In this document: positions 39,059 to 50,246 of the stretch, piece by piece
Layout of the letters: every line of letters begins with the position of its first letter
How positions within the stretch are numbered: position 1 is the stretch's first letter
From: an uncultured Clostridia bacterium
GTDB lineage: Bacteria; Bacillota; Clostridia; TANB77; CAG-508
Reading direction: 5' to 3'
Assembly (NCBI GenBank): GCA_963558395.1
Contig: CAUWGE010000001.1
Location: 5,148 to 69,147 of the forward strand
DNA length: 64,000 bases
The notes under the pieces: model-generated
Seen by the model: the letters and a program-made list of their open reading frames with translations, nothing else
Database searches by the model: none
Told to the model about the DNA's origin: nothing
Translations under genes and position numbers: made by a program

Positions 39059-39085
39059 GTATTTCTCCTACTTATTTATATCACA

Positions 39086-39115
39086 AAGAAAGACATATTG
39101 CAATATGTCTTTCTT
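39086..39115 (-). terminator. hairpin downstream of aspS (probable terminator)
   Basis: Perfect 13-bp palindrome aagaaagacatat-tgca-atatgtctttctt. The trailing T-run is weak. Confidence 0.5.
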
Positions 39116-39154
39116 AATACTTTTTAAAAAGCTTAAATATAAAAGTAAATTATT

Positions 39155-40909
39155 TTATTCATCCTCTTCTTCTGTTACAGAAATATGTACGTCTTTTAAT
39201 TGTTCATCTGTAACTTTGCTTGGTGCATTCATCATAACATCTCTTGCTTTTTTATTTTTTGGAAATGCAATAACGTCTCTAATATTATCTGAATTTGCCA
39301 TAAGCATTACTAATCTATCTAGTCCTGGTGCCGCACCCGCATGTGGAGGTGTTCCATATTGGAATGCAGTATATAATGCTCCAAATCTTTTCTTTATATC
39401 ATCTTCTTTGTATCCTGCAATCTCAAATGCTTTAATCATAATTTCAGGGTCATGATTTCTTACTGCACCTGATGCTGTTTCATATCCATTGCAAACCAAG
39501 TCAAATTGATATGCCACAATGTCCAATGGGTCTTTAGTGTTTAGAGCTTCTAATCCTCCCTGTGGCATTGAAAATGGATTATGATTAAAATCTATTTTTT
39601 CTTCCTCTTCATTATATTCATACATTGGAAAATCTACTATAAAGCAGAATTTATACACATTTTTCTCTATTAGGTCCAGTCTTTTTCCAAGTTCTATTCT
39701 TACTAATCCTGCTAATTTTTGAGCTGTTTTAAATTCATCTGCTATAAAGAAAATGCTATCTCCTGCTTTAGCACCAAGTTCTGTTTTTATTTCATCTGTA
39801 ATAAATTTTGAAATTCCACCTGTTAAATTATTTTCTTCATCTACTTTAACCCAAGCTAGTCCCTTAGCACCCAGTTCTGTTACTGCAAATTCTGACATAC
39901 TATCAAAGAACTTTCTTCCTTGCTCTGCTCCTTTAGGAACTACTATTGCCTTTATTGTTTTTTCTTTGAATGCATTAAATTCTGTATTTTTGAATAAATT
40001 TGTTGCATCTTGTATTATAAGTGGATTTCTTAAATCCGGTTTATCTATACCATATTTCTCCATCGCCTCTTTATAAGGTATTCTCACAAATGGCCCCTCG
40101 TCAACTTTCCAATTAGTATGTTCTTTAAATACTGCTGGAACTACTTCTTCTATTACCTTAAATACATCTTCTTGAGTTGCAAATGACATTTCAAAGTCTA
40201 GTTGATAAAATTCTCCCGGAGCTCTATCTGCTCTAGGGTCTTCATCTCTAAAGCATGGTGCAATTTGATAATATTTATCAAATCCAGATACCATAAGTAA
40301 TTGCTTAAATTGTTGCGGAGCCTGTGGTAGTGCATAGAATTTTCCCGCATGAATTCTACTTGGAACCAAGTAATCTCTAGCTCCTTCTGGTGATGAATTT
40401 GCTAAAATTGGAGTTTGTATTTCTGTAAATCCTAGCTCATCCATTTTTCTTCTAAAAGATTTCATTACTTTTGAACGTAAAAGTATTGTTTTATGCAATT
40501 TATCATTTCTTAGGTCTAAGTATCTATATTGAAGTCTTAAATCTTCTCTAACATTTTCAATATTTATTTTCTCTGAATTTATTTCAAATGGTAGTGCTGA
40601 CTTACATTTTCCTAGAACTTCTATTTTTTTTGCATCTATTTCTATTTCTCCTGTTGGAATATTTAAATTTTTATTAGAGCGCTCTACTACATTACCAGTT
40701 ATACTTATAACAGATTCTGGGTTTATTTCTTCCATTTTGCATTTTAGTTCTTCACTTGCAATTACAATTTGTGTTATTCCAAATTCATCTCTTAAGTCAA
40801 CAAATTGCATTGAGCCTAAGTTTCTTATTCTTTGTACCCAACCTGCAAGCATTACATTTTCACCTATGTTTTTTATATTTAATTCTCCACAATTATGATT
40901 TCTGTACAT
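39155..40909 (-). CDS. aspS: aspartate--tRNA ligase
   Basis: OB-fold N-terminus and class-II motifs FRDEDPRADR and GGAAPGLDRLVML. AAGGAG SD before the ATG at 40907-40909; the 20-aa upstream extension in the ORF track is rejected. Confidence 0.93.
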   Translation of the reverse strand: MYRNHNCGELNIKNIGENVMLAGWVQRIRNLGSMQFVDLRDEFGITQIVIASEELKCKMEEINPESVISITGNVVERSNKNLNIPTGEIEIDAKKIEVLGKCKSALPFEINSEKINIENVREDLRLQYRYLDLRNDKLHKTILLRSKVMKSFRRKMDELGFTEIQTPILANSSPEGARDYLVPSRIHAGKFYALPQAPQQFKQLLMVSGFDKYYQIAPCFRDEDPRADRAPGEFYQLDFEMSFATQEDVFKVIEEVVPAVFKEHTNWKVDEGPFVRIPYKEAMEKYGIDKPDLRNPLIIQDATNLFKNTEFNAFKEKTIKAIVVPKGAEQGRKFFDSMSEFAVTELGAKGLAWVKVDEENNLTGGISKFITDEIKTELGAKAGDSIFFIADEFKTAQKLAGLVRIELGKRLDLIEKNVYKFCFIVDFPMYEYNEEEEKIDFNHNPFSMPQGGLEALNTKDPLDIVAYQFDLVCNGYETASGAVRNHDPEIMIKAFEIAGYKEDDIKKRFGALYTAFQYGTPPHAGAAPGLDRLVMLMANSDNIRDVIAFPKNKKARDVMMNAPSKVTDEQLKDVHISVTEEEDE

Positions 40910-40979
40910 TGTTTTGCTCCTTTTTTTATTTTGCGTTTTTATTATACCTCTTTTAGCCTTCATTTTCAAGGTAAGTAGT

Positions 40980-41414
40980 TTATTTTTCCAAAATAATTGT
41001 TACTGGTCCACTATTTTGAATACCTACTTCCATATTTGCTCCAAATATTCCTGTTTCTACATTTACTTCTTTTCTACATTCTTCGCAAAAATATTCATAT
41101 AGTTTTTGCGCCTCATACGGATTTTCTGCATTTGTAAATGATGGTCTATTCCCTTCTAAAGTATCTGCATATAAAGTAAATTGAGATACTAGTAAAAGGC
41201 TTCCTCCTACACTTTTTATATTTAAATTCATTTTTCCATTTTCATCTTCAAATACTCTTAAGTTTATTAATTTTTTTACTAAATAATCCGCTTCCTTTTT
41301 AGTATCTCCTTTTCTTATACCAATTAAAACCATGAATCCATTTTCTATTTTTCCTACTACCTTTTCGTCCACTTCTACTTTAGCATTTTTTACTCTTTGA
41401 ATAACTAACTTCAT
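40980..41414 (-). CDS. dtd: D-aminoacyl-tRNA deacylase
   Basis: MKLVIQRV start, and SQFTLYAD and NSGPVTI motifs. Confidence 0.93.
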   Translation of the reverse strand: MKLVIQRVKNAKVEVDEKVVGKIENGFMVLIGIRKGDTKKEADYLVKKLINLRVFEDENGKMNLNIKSVGGSLLLVSQFTLYADTLEGNRPSFTNAENPYEAQKLYEYFCEECRKEVNVETGIFGANMEVGIQNSGPVTIILEK

Positions 41415-41423
41415 ATTTCCATC

Positions 41424-42179
41424 CTATTTTAATATTTTTTCTCTTACATATTCATATATCATTATGCCTGCTGCAACTGATGCATTTAGACTTTCTGTCT
41501 TTCCTATCATTGGAATTTTAACTTTACAATCTGAAATATTTTGTACTTCTTTGCTTACTCCATTTGCTTCATTTCCAATAACAACAATTTTTTTATTATA
41601 TGAAATATCATATATGCTTTGTTCTGTATCTAAAGCAGTGGTTACTATTTCAAATCCATCTTTTTTTAAACCTTCCAATTTTTTAGCTAAGTCTTCCTCT
41701 TCTATTACATTTATTCTATAAATGGCACCCATTGTAGACCTTACTACTTTAGGAGAATAACAATCCACTGTATTTTTCGAAACTAAAACTTGTTTTATTC
41801 CTGCTGAGTCGGCAGTTCTAATTATTGTTCCTAAATTCCCTGGATCTTGAATACCATCTAATGCAATAATATAGTCTGATTCCTTATATTCTATTTGTTC
41901 TTTCTTTTTACTTATTACTGCTAGAACACCTTGTGGCGAAACAACATCTGTTAATGTATTAAATATAACCTCACTTACTTCAATTGATTTTACATTTTTT
42001 ATATCAATATCTAATTTCGTTCCTTCTCTTAAAACAATTAATTCTATTTTTGCATTTTCTTCAAATGCTTCTTTTAGCATCTTTATTCCTTCTACTAAAA
42101 ATTTATCTTTTCTATATTTCTTATCCTTTAACTTCCTTATTTCTTTTACAGTGTCATTTTCTTTACTTCTTATTACCAT
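41424..42179 (-). CDS. TrmH/SpoU-family RNA 2'-O-methyltransferase
   Basis: SpoU methylase C-terminal motifs (GNLGTIIRTA, IGNEANGVS, ESLNASVAAGI). Confidence 0.85.
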   Translation of the reverse strand: MVIRSKENDTVKEIRKLKDKKYRKDKFLVEGIKMLKEAFEENAKIELIVLREGTKLDIDIKNVKSIEVSEVIFNTLTDVVSPQGVLAVISKKKEQIEYKESDYIIALDGIQDPGNLGTIIRTADSAGIKQVLVSKNTVDCYSPKVVRSTMGAIYRINVIEEEDLAKKLEGLKKDGFEIVTTALDTEQSIYDISYNKKIVVIGNEANGVSKEVQNISDCKVKIPMIGKTESLNASVAAGIMIYEYVREKILK

Positions 42180-42196
42180 AAATATACCTCTATAAA

Positions 42197-45100
42197 TTAT
42201 TTTAAAAATTCTTTTAGCTCTTTTACTACATCTTTTTCAATTTTTAATGTTATGTATGGTTTTTCTCCTGGTGAAAATCTTACTCTATTTCCATAGTTTT
42301 GTAAAACGTTCGCAATATCTATTTTTTCCCCATTTTTGTAATATATTAATACTGCATTTTGCTTCTGTTGCAGCTTTATTACTCCTTGCTCCCTACACAA
42401 ATTCTTAATTCTTGCTATTTCAATTAGATTATGCACTTCTTTTGGCATTTCGCCATATCTATCTATAATTTCATCAATAACATTTTGAACTTCTTCTTCT
42501 GATTTCGAATTTGCAATGTCTTGATAAATTTCTATCTTCTGACTAGAACTATCTATATATTCTTCTGGAATATATGATGAAATACTTAAGTCGATAGATA
42601 TTTCTTCTTCTACATCTATTTTTTCACCTTTTAACTCTTTTACAACTTCATCTAAAAGTCTATTATACATATCATATCCTACTTGTTCCATATGTCCATG
42701 TTGGATTTCCCCAAATATGCTTCCTGCTCCTCTTATTTGTAAGTCTCTAGTTGCAATTTTAAAACCAGCTCCAAACTCGGTAAATTCCTTTATTGCTTTT
42801 AATCTCTTACTTGCATCTTCTGAAAGCATCTTATCTCTTTTATATGTTATATATGCATATGCCTGTCTATCGCTTCTTCCAACTCTACCTCTTATTTGAT
42901 ATAACTGTGCTAGTCCAAATCTATCTGCATTTTCTACTATCATTGTATTTGCATTTGGAATATCTATTCCTGACTCTAGAATTGTTGTACATACAAGTAC
43001 ATTTGTCTTCTTTTCAACAAATTCTTGCATAATGTCTTCTACTTCTTTTCCTGACATCCTTCCATGTGCATAAGATACTCTTGCCTCTGGAACTAATGAA
43101 CTTAATTCTGCTGCTTTTGTTGAAATAGTATCTACAATATTGTAAATATAAAATACCTGCCCGCCTCTTTCTAGTTCCTTTGTAATTGCTTCTTTTATTA
43201 CTTCTCTATCATATTCTAATACATAGGTTTGAACTGGCCTACGGTTTTGAGGTGGCTCATATATTACAGACATGTCTCTAATTCCTACTATTGACATCTG
43301 AAGAGTTCTTGGGATTGGAGTTGCTGTCATTGTAAGAACATCTACCTCATTTTTATATTGTTTTATTTTTTCTTTTGCCTTTACTCCAAATCTATGTTCC
43401 TCATCAATAATTAGTAGGCCTAAATCCTTGAATTCTACATCTTTACTAAGTACCCTATGAGTTCCTAAAACAATATCTACTTCCCCTGTCTTTAATTTTT
43501 TTATAACTTCTTTTTGTTCTTTAGAAGTCCTAAATCTATTAAGAAGTTCTATTTTTATTGGATATTCTTCCATTCTTTCTTTAAATTCTTTATACTGCTG
43601 TCCTGCTAAAATTGTAGTAGGTGCCAAATATACTACTTGTTTACTATCCATTACTGCCTTAAAAGCAGCTCTTATTGCCACTTCTGTTTTTCCATAGCCA
43701 ACATCTCCACACAAAAGCCTATCCATCGGTCTTGGTGCTTCCATATCTTTTTTTACTTCTTCTATACATCTTAATTGGTCGTTTGTCTCTTTATATTTGA
43801 AACTATTTTCAAATTGATTTTGAAATATACTATCCTTAGAAAATGCAAAACCTACTGATTTTTCTCTTCTTGCATAAAGCTCTATTAATTCTTTAGCAAC
43901 TGCTCTTAAATTTCCCTTAACTTTTGATTTGGTATTTTCCCACTCTTTTGTTCCTAATTTATTAAGTTTTAGATTACCTTCTCCTCCAATATATTTTCTA
44001 ACATTGTCTAAATCATCTGTTGGTACATATAAAATGTCTCCATCTTTATATTTAAGTTCTATATAGTCTTTGGTTATACCATCTGTTTTTATTGTCTTTA
44101 CTCCAACAAAAATACCTATACCATGATTTTTATGTACTATATAATCTCCTATTTTTAAGTCTGCAAATACAATCTTTTCACCATTTTTGAATGTATTTGA
44201 TACTCTTTTAATTGCTTTTGATTTTGCAAAAAATTCATCACTACTTATTACTAAAAGTTTTGTATCTTCATCTTCAAAGCCAGAAGTAAGAGCTCCTTGT
44301 GCTATTATAGCTTCTCCTTCTTTTATCCAAATATTATCTAATGAATTTGCAATTACTATTTCATTTTCAAATATTTTTCTAATTTTAATTGCATTGTCTT
44401 TATCTCCAGCTAAAATAACTACTTTTTTTCCAAATTTTAATGCTTCTTCTACTTCTTTTTTAAAACTTGGAACATCTCCTCTAAATAAATTTACTTCCCT
44501 TGTATTAAAACTATCGTCTAACGTATCTAATTCTTTTAAATTTATTACATCATTTATTCTTAAACAAAACTCACTAAAATTTTCTAAAATTTCCGGAACC
44601 GGTTTTTCTTTATCTATTAGTGCATTTATGAAACTTTCATTATCTTTTTTTATTGCCTCTATTCTTTGCTCTATTTTTTCTGGTTCGTCAAGATATATTT
44701 GGCATTTATTAATATATTCTATGAAATTCGACTTGTTCTTATAGAATTCATTAAAATATTTATCTATTTTATTTTCATAATCCCCTGACAAAATTCTTTC
44801 TACATCTTCTAACGAATATTCTTTCTTGTTTTCCTTAATTCTTTTACATACATTTTCTAATGAATCTTCTAAAAGTAGTTCTTTTGCAGGATATATATCT
44901 ACATTTTCGAGCATATCTGTGGATCTTTGTGAAGAAATTTTAAATTTTCTTATAGAATCAATATCATCTCCCCAAAACTCTATTCTAATCCCATCATTTT
45001 CTTTGACTCCAATATCTATGATGTCTCCTCTTACACAAAATTCCCCTCTATTTTCTATTAAATCCGTTCTTTTATATCCCTGCTCTAATAAAAATTTTTT

Positions 45101-45547
45101 TATTTCATCATGAGAAATTGTATCTCCCAATTTTAAATTTAAAACACTTTTATAAATAATATCTTTTGGAGGCATACTTTGCATTACAGCTTCTATTGTT
45201 GTTATTATTATTTTCGCTTTATTATTATAGATATCATTTAATATATCTATTCTTTCATATTGATTTTCACTACTTTCTGCAACATAGTCATATGCCATAA
45301 TTTCACGCTTTGGAAAATATAATACTCCTTCTTCAAGAAAATAGCTAAGGTTTTTTTGTAAGTTTTTTGCTTGAATTTCATTATATGTTATTATACATAT
45401 TGGCTTTCTCGTCTCTTCATAAGTAAGTGCTAGAAGCTGAGCTTTCGCCACGAAAGCTATACCCGATATTGTTACCGGGTATTTTTTTACTTTTAAATAT
45501 TTTTCGAACTTTTCAGAAGAAGCCAAATCTCTTAATATATAGTTCAT
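42197..45547 (-). CDS. mfd: transcription-repair coupling factor Mfd
   Basis: 1116 aa. CarD-like domain, helicase motifs [11 protein letters not shown] and IIDEEHRFG, and the TRCF C-terminal domain. Confidence 0.95.
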   Translation of the reverse strand: MNYILRDLASSEKFEKYLKVKKYPVTISGIAFVAKAQLLALTYEETRKPICIITYNEIQAKNLQKNLSYFLEEGVLYFPKREIMAYDYVAESSENQYERIDILNDIYNNKAKIIITTIEAVMQSMPPKDIIYKSVLNLKLGDTISHDEIKKFLLEQGYKRTDLIENRGEFCVRGDIIDIGVKENDGIRIEFWGDDIDSIRKFKISSQRSTDMLENVDIYPAKELLLEDSLENVCKRIKENKKEYSLEDVERILSGDYENKIDKYFNEFYKNKSNFIEYINKCQIYLDEPEKIEQRIEAIKKDNESFINALIDKEKPVPEILENFSEFCLRINDVINLKELDTLDDSFNTREVNLFRGDVPSFKKEVEEALKFGKKVVILAGDKDNAIKIRKIFENEIVIANSLDNIWIKEGEAIIAQGALTSGFEDEDTKLLVISSDEFFAKSKAIKRVSNTFKNGEKIVFADLKIGDYIVHKNHGIGIFVGVKTIKTDGITKDYIELKYKDGDILYVPTDDLDNVRKYIGGEGNLKLNKLGTKEWENTKSKVKGNLRAVAKELIELYARREKSVGFAFSKDSIFQNQFENSFKYKETNDQLRCIEEVKKDMEAPRPMDRLLCGDVGYGKTEVAIRAAFKAVMDSKQVVYLAPTTILAGQQYKEFKERMEEYPIKIELLNRFRTSKEQKEVIKKLKTGEVDIVLGTHRVLSKDVEFKDLGLLIIDEEHRFGVKAKEKIKQYKNEVDVLTMTATPIPRTLQMSIVGIRDMSVIYEPPQNRRPVQTYVLEYDREVIKEAITKELERGGQVFYIYNIVDTISTKAAELSSLVPEARVSYAHGRMSGKEVEDIMQEFVEKKTNVLVCTTILESGIDIPNANTMIVENADRFGLAQLYQIRGRVGRSDRQAYAYITYKRDKMLSEDASKRLKAIKEFTEFGAGFKIATRDLQIRGAGSIFGEIQHGHMEQVGYDMYNRLLDEVVKELKGEKIDVEEEISIDLSISSYIPEEYIDSSSQKIEIYQDIANSKSEEEVQNVIDEIIDRYGEMPKEVHNLIEIARIKNLCREQGVIKLQQKQNAVLIYYKNGEKIDIANVLQNYGNRVRFSPGEKPYITLKIEKDVVKELKEFLK

Positions 45548-45683
45548 TTCTTGGTCTCCTTTTACCTGTTTCTATTATACCAAGATATTCCTTAAAAAGC
45601 AAGAATTATTCCATTTACCTATGGCTTTCCATATAAATTTTAAACTTTATCATAAAATTTTATTTAATTCATATCTTATTATT

Positions 45684-46716
45684 ATGAAAAGTTTTAAATT
45701 ATATTTGTTCTCTTTAAAGAGAAACATTTTTCCTTTAATTTTTATGAGTTTTATTTTATGCTTACTTTTGTTTTCAGCAAGTAATATTTCTGCAACAAAG
45801 CATGGGTTAAATTTATGGGTTAACTCAGTAGTCCCATCTCTTTTTCCTTTTTTAGTAGCTACCGAACTATTAAGTTATACAAATGCAGTAAACATTATTG
45901 GAAGAAAATTGGATAAATTTATGAAGCCTATTTTTAATATGCCTGGTGCTGCTGCATATCCATTAGTCTTAGGATTTATAAGTGGATATCCTATTGGTGC
46001 TAAAACTGTATGCCAAATCTATTCTTCTGGCTTATGTACTAAAAAAGAAGCTGAAATTTTACTTGCATATACTAATAATTCTGGTCCACTTTTTATTATT
46101 GGAACTGTACGGTATATCTATGTTTGGAAGTAGCAATATTGGATTAATTTTGTTAGTCACTCACTTGCTTGCCTCTATTTGTGTTGGCATAATTTTTGGA
46201 AAGCTCATAAAAAAAGAAACTAAAAGTTCTTATAGTTTTAACACCAGAAAATGTAATTCTATTTCTTTTGCGACTTTAGGTGAAGCTTTATCTTCTAGTA
46301 TTTTAAATAGTGTAAAAACAATTTTCATGGTTGGTGGTTTTGTTGTACTTTTTTCTGTTATAATTTCTATTTTTAAGCAAACTGGTTTAATTACCATTTT
46401 AGCAAAATTCATAGAACCTCTATTTAAAGAAAAAGATTTTTCATCTGGAATTATAACTGGAATATTAGAATTAACCAATGGTTTGAATGTAATTTCTAAT
46501 ATACATATAAAATCTATTTCAAGCAATATAATATTGGCTGCATTTTTACTAGGTTTTGCCTCATTTTCTATAATGCTTCAAATACTCAGTATTATTTCGA
46601 AAGAAAAACTGTCTATAAAATATTATGTACTTGGAAAGGTTTTACAAGGTTTAATTGCAATGTTTTTCACATTTTTAATATTACAAATACCCATATTCAA
46701 TCTTAATCTATGCTAA
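45684..46716 (+). CDS. ylbJ: sporulation integral membrane protein YlbJ (nucleoside-recognition domain family); frame broken at in-frame CGG 46110-46112
   Basis: ORFs 45621..46133 and 45982..46716 form one multi-TM protein. Junction ACT GTA CGG TAT...TAG; skipping one base gives PLFIIGTVGISMFGSSNIGLILL. Confidence 0.8.
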
Positions 46717-46877
46717 CAAAATTTAATTATATTATTTATAAGTATCTTTGGTTATATTTTTGAATATAAATATTTATGATATAGCAATTTGTTTTATTTT
46801 GCCATATATCAATTCGTTTTATTTTATAATACAAAATAAGAATATTTTTCCATTTGAGAAAAGATTTATGAAAGGGT

Positions 46878-47126
46878 ATGATTGTTATGGTAAAAAATCG
46901 TTTGCGAGATTTAAGGGAAGATAATGACTTGACACAACATCAAATATGCCAGCTTCTAAGGATATCTCAAGTAGCATATTCATATTATGAATTAGGTAAA
47001 AGATCTATCCCTTTAGAGTCTTTAATTTTACTTGCTGATTATTATGAAACTAGTATTGATTATTTATTATTTAGAACTGATGAAAAAGTTCCTTATCCTA
47101 AATCTAAAAAATTAGTTACAAACTAA
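46878..47126 (+). CDS. XRE-family helix-turn-helix transcriptional regulator
   Basis: LTQHQICQLLRISQVAYSYYELGKRSIPLESLILLADYYETSIDYL is the classic HTH_3 pattern. Confidence 0.8.
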   Translation: MIVMVKNRLRDLREDNDLTQHQICQLLRISQVAYSYYELGKRSIPLESLILLADYYETSIDYLLFRTDEKVPYPKSKKLVTN

Positions 47127-47177
47127 TTAAATCATAAAAAATACCCCCGCTTTTGCCAGAGGTATTTTTATTTATAT

Positions 47178-47254
47178 TGGTAGCGACGGGGAGATTCGAA
47201 CTCTCGACACCGTGGGTATGAACCGCGTGCTCTAGCCAACTGAGCTACGTCGCC
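47178..47254 (-). tRNA. tRNA with CAU anticodon (elongator Met type; Ile2/lysidine cannot be excluded)
   Basis: 77-nt cloverleaf folded by hand: GGCGACG-TA-GCTC-AGTTGGCTA-GAGC-A-CGCGG-TTCATAC-CCACG-GTGTC-GAGAG-TTCGAAT-CTCCC-CGTCGCT-ACCA. It has an encoded CCA, a G1-U72 pair and two A/C mismatches (anticodon stem and T stem). Confidence 0.8.
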
Positions 47255-47320
47255 ATCTTTTCAAGTACATTTTCTATTATACATAAACTTTATGTACTTG
47301 TCAAGCATTTTTTATTAATT

Positions 47321-48046
47321 TTATTGTTCCTTCTCCCATTGTGCAGTAAGTATTATATTTTTTGTTACTGTCACACTATCCCCTTGTTTATATAATTTGC
47401 TATCACGATCTATTTTATATCCTAAAAATTTGTATCCGCTTCTTGTAGGTGCTGCTCCTACCGTTATTGGAGTTCCAGAAGTGTTAACTGTTTGCATATT
47501 TGGCCCTCCTGTTCCTCCATTTGCATCATATGTTATTGTATATACATCTTTTAATGTTGTATATTCTTCTGGTAGTCTATGGTATTTTTCTTTTTTATAT
47601 TCTACTCCTTTTACATAATAAATAGTTTTTGTTTTTCCGTTTATTATATATAGGTCTGTTCCTGTTTGATTTCCACTTATATTATCTTTTCCATAATTTA
47701 ATTGTATTTGTGCTCCCAAATGTGTATTTAGTTTTGTTAAATTTATTGCATAATAATCAGCTCCGTCATTAGGATTTTTTACATTTTGTCCGTTTTGAAT
47801 ACCATATAAAAATGTTGTTCCACCTGTATACTTATTTCCAATTAAGCTAATTTCTATATCTTCATCATACACACTAGAAATCGCTTCCCTTAATCTATCT
47901 ATATCTTGTTTAAATTTTGTATATTTTTTTAGTTCAATAACTCCAGACATATTTACAGCAACAGGAATGCTGATTGCACTTAGTGCTATAATTGTAATAA
48001 CAAGCACAACTAAAGTTATACCTTTTTCACTTTTTATCTTATGCAT
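47321..48046 (-). CDS. pilin-like N-terminal anchor protein with a C-terminal Listeria-Bacteroides (Flg_new) repeat
   Basis: The N-terminus KGITLVVLVITIIALSAISIP resembles a prepilin-type hydrophobic segment. The C-terminus YTITYDANGGTGGP...GYKFLGY...LTAQWE is the Flg_new/InlB-B-like repeat. Confidence 0.65.
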   Translation of the reverse strand: MHKIKSEKGITLVVLVITIIALSAISIPVAVNMSGVIELKKYTKFKQDIDRLREAISSVYDEDIEISLIGNKYTGGTTFLYGIQNGQNVKNPNDGADYYAINLTKLNTHLGAQIQLNYGKDNISGNQTGTDLYIINGKTKTIYYVKGVEYKKEKYHRLPEEYTTLKDVYTITYDANGGTGGPNMQTVNTSGTPITVGAAPTRSGYKFLGYKIDRDSKLYKQGDSVTVTKNIILTAQWEKEQ

Positions 48047-48255
48047 ATTAAAGTTCCCTCTTTCTTATTAATCTATTAATATTTTATATGTTTTCTCTTC
48101 TATTGTCAATTATTCAAAAAATAAATATTTTTTCAAAATTCGCTTCTTTTTTTCGACAATTTATGATATATTAATAGATACCTCTTTAAGAGAATTTAAT
48201 TTGAAAATAAATTTTTTATAATATATTTACCAAGTTAGAAAGGATTGAAATTAAT

Positions 48256-49095
48256 ATGCAAAACTTTAATTATCATTCTCATACATATAGATGTGGGCAT
48301 GCTGATTTTGGCACAACTGATGAAGATTACATAATAGATTATATAAAAATGGGATTTCAAAAAGTTGCATTTACAGATCATGCTCCAGAGAAAAACGTTA
48401 TAGATAAAAGACCTAATATGAGAATGAATTATTCCCAAAAAGATGAGTACTTAAATAATTTAGACAGACTAAAGCAAAAATATTGTGATAAAATTCAAAT
48501 TGAAAGCGGATTTGAAGTAGAATATTTGCCAAATAATAAGGAAAATCTAATTGAGCTAAAATCAGCAACAGACAAATTAATTTTAGGGCAGCATTTTATA
48601 TATGATAATAATCATAATTTAAAGGTCTTTGGGCATAGCATTTTTTCATCTGAAGAGTTAATAAAATATGCTACTTATATTGATGAAGCTTGTTCATTAA
48701 ATATCCCTAATATTATTGCACATCCAGATATCTATATGTTAAATAGACCTACTTTTGGTAAGATTGAATCAAATATTGCCAATATGATTTGCTCTAGTGC
48801 TGAAAAATATAATATTCCATTGGAAATAAATCTAAATAATATATTTAATAAAACATACTATGAAAATAGACATTTAAACAATGATTCTTTAGAATTTCAA
48901 CGTCTTAAATTAAAAAATGTTTTTTATCCATGCAAAGAGTTTTGGGACATTGCTACAAATTATAATGTAAAAGTTTTATATGGCTTAGATACACATCATA
49001 AAGCTCAAATTTCTCTTTGTCATGAGCTCCTTGGTTTATCAAATGAAATTATAGGTGATGATATTTTGTCTAAACTAAATTTTATTAAAAATTAA
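48256..49095 (+). CDS. PHP-domain phosphatase, HisJ-family histidinol-phosphatase-like
   Basis: N-terminal YHSHTYRCGHA, followed by FTDHAP and HPD motifs. Confidence 0.75.
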   Translation: MQNFNYHSHTYRCGHADFGTTDEDYIIDYIKMGFQKVAFTDHAPEKNVIDKRPNMRMNYSQKDEYLNNLDRLKQKYCDKIQIESGFEVEYLPNNKENLIELKSATDKLILGQHFIYDNNHNLKVFGHSIFSSEELIKYATYIDEACSLNIPNIIAHPDIYMLNRPTFGKIESNIANMICSSAEKYNIPLEINLNNIFNKTYYENRHLNNDSLEFQRLKLKNVFYPCKEFWDIATNYNVKVLYGLDTHHKAQISLCHELLGLSNEIIGDDILSKLNFIKN

Positions 49096-49166
49096 CTTAT
49101 ATATAAAAATGAACCTCAATTATTAAACTTACTTTGTCTAATAATTAAGGTTTATTTAGTTATTTT

Positions 49167-49457
49167 TTATCTTTCATCACTATCTGATAAATCTTTTTCA
49201 TCTAGAATGAATGTTACTCTTTGTCCATTTAAGTTAACTTCTTTTTCTTCAGTTATTCTTACTTCAGTATGAGGTCTTTTCATAACTCCAAGTTTAGGAG
49301 TTGCTCCTGCATTTAATATTGCTTCTATTTCACTTTTTGATTGATTTCCGTTTTCATTATTTTGAGCAATATTTTCTGCAATATTTTTAATATTTGTATC
49401 CTCTATTTCGTCTTTTTCTTTAAACATAGATTTTATTCTTTCTATAATTTTGCTCAT
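49167..49457 (-). CDS. hypothetical protein (96 aa)
   Basis: ORF downstream of the spoIVFB-like gene. No motif recognised. Confidence 0.4.
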   Translation of the reverse strand: MSKIIERIKSMFKEKDEIEDTNIKNIAENIAQNNENGNQSKSEIEAILNAGATPKLGVMKRPHTEVRITEEKEVNLNGQRVTFILDEKDLSDSDER

Positions 49458-49571
49458 TATGAGTCTCCTTCCAAATTCAAATACATATTTATTATACCAT
49501 AAACACTTGTATTTTGCAAGCTTTTTTCCAAATTTTAGCTTGGTTTTATTGGAATTAGATTATGTTAAGAA

Positions 49572-50234
49572 TTACAAATTATTTTTTATTTTTTCATATA
49601 CTTTTCTTTTTATCTCATTTTCTTTATATGTTTTATATACTAGGTACCATAAGTATATTATTACTAACAATATTGCTATATTTTTATAATAAATTATTAA
49701 TATACTTGAAATTGCTGTAAGTAAGCATATATTTATTTTAGTTATTGCATTTATGTATTCATAGCTTTCTTTTAATCCAACAAAAATATGTAATATTCCT
49801 TTTACTATTCTTCCTCCATCTAAAGGATATATTGGTATTAAATTAAATATTATTAGCATTAGATTTGCATAAATCATATTTTGATATTCTGTTTCTAGTA
49901 AGTGAAACTTATCTTTTACAAGTATTATTATTAATATGCATAGTAGGTTTGTTATAGGTCCTGCTGATGCTATAACAATTTCTTTTAATGTTAGCATTGT
50001 ACCTCTTTTTACTTTTTTATTATAATCACTACATGTAATTTCAAATCCTAATTTAAAACCAAATGGTATTATGCTAACTGATTTTGGTTTTAAGCCTATT
50101 ATCATTCCACAAATAAAATGTCCCATCTCGTGTAAAAATGCAAAAAGCATTAATATTACATATATTTCTATATGTTTAGTTAGTAAAAATATTAAAGCTA
50201 TCAAAAATATTTTCAAGTCAATCTTGAATTGCAT
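49572..50234 (-). CDS. spoIVFB: M50 site-2 metalloprotease, SpoIVFB-like
   Basis: HEMGH zinc motif in a TM helix and NLIPIYPLDGGRI. GGGAGG SD upstream. Follows an M23 (SpoIVFA-position) gene. Confidence 0.8.
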   Translation of the reverse strand: MQFKIDLKIFLIALIFLLTKHIEIYVILMLFAFLHEMGHFICGMIIGLKPKSVSIIPFGFKLGFEITCSDYNKKVKRGTMLTLKEIVIASAGPITNLLCILIIILVKDKFHLLETEYQNMIYANLMLIIFNLIPIYPLDGGRIVKGILHIFVGLKESYEYINAITKINICLLTAISSILIIYYKNIAILLVIIYLWYLVYKTYKENEIKRKVYEKIKNNL

Positions 50235-50246
50235 AGACTTTCCTCC

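Noticed and set aside
39086-39115. Perfect 13-bp palindrome between aspS and rlmN, considered as a regulatory operator
   Set aside because: Its position immediately after the aspS stop and its hairpin geometry fit a simple terminator or RNA-stabilising stem-loop. There is no second copy and no flanking promoter elements.
40910-40969. N-terminal extensions in the ORF track for aspS (also gatB 26278-26358, folD 20246-20302, pdaA 12004-12048, gatC, gltX, Fic, mscS and the 13456 start)
   Set aside because: In each case an internal ATG is preceded by a good AGGAG-type SD and matches the family N-terminus. The extensions run over the SD or the upstream gene.
47178-47254. Possibility that the tRNA(CAU) is a pseudogene, or is connected to the CGG phenomenon, because of its G1-U72 pair and two A/C mismatches
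   Set aside because: The cloverleaf, T-loop, D-loop and encoded CCA are otherwise canonical. The anticodon loop is the normal 7 nt and reads AUG-type codons, so it cannot explain CGG decoding. Hand folding cannot judge functionality.
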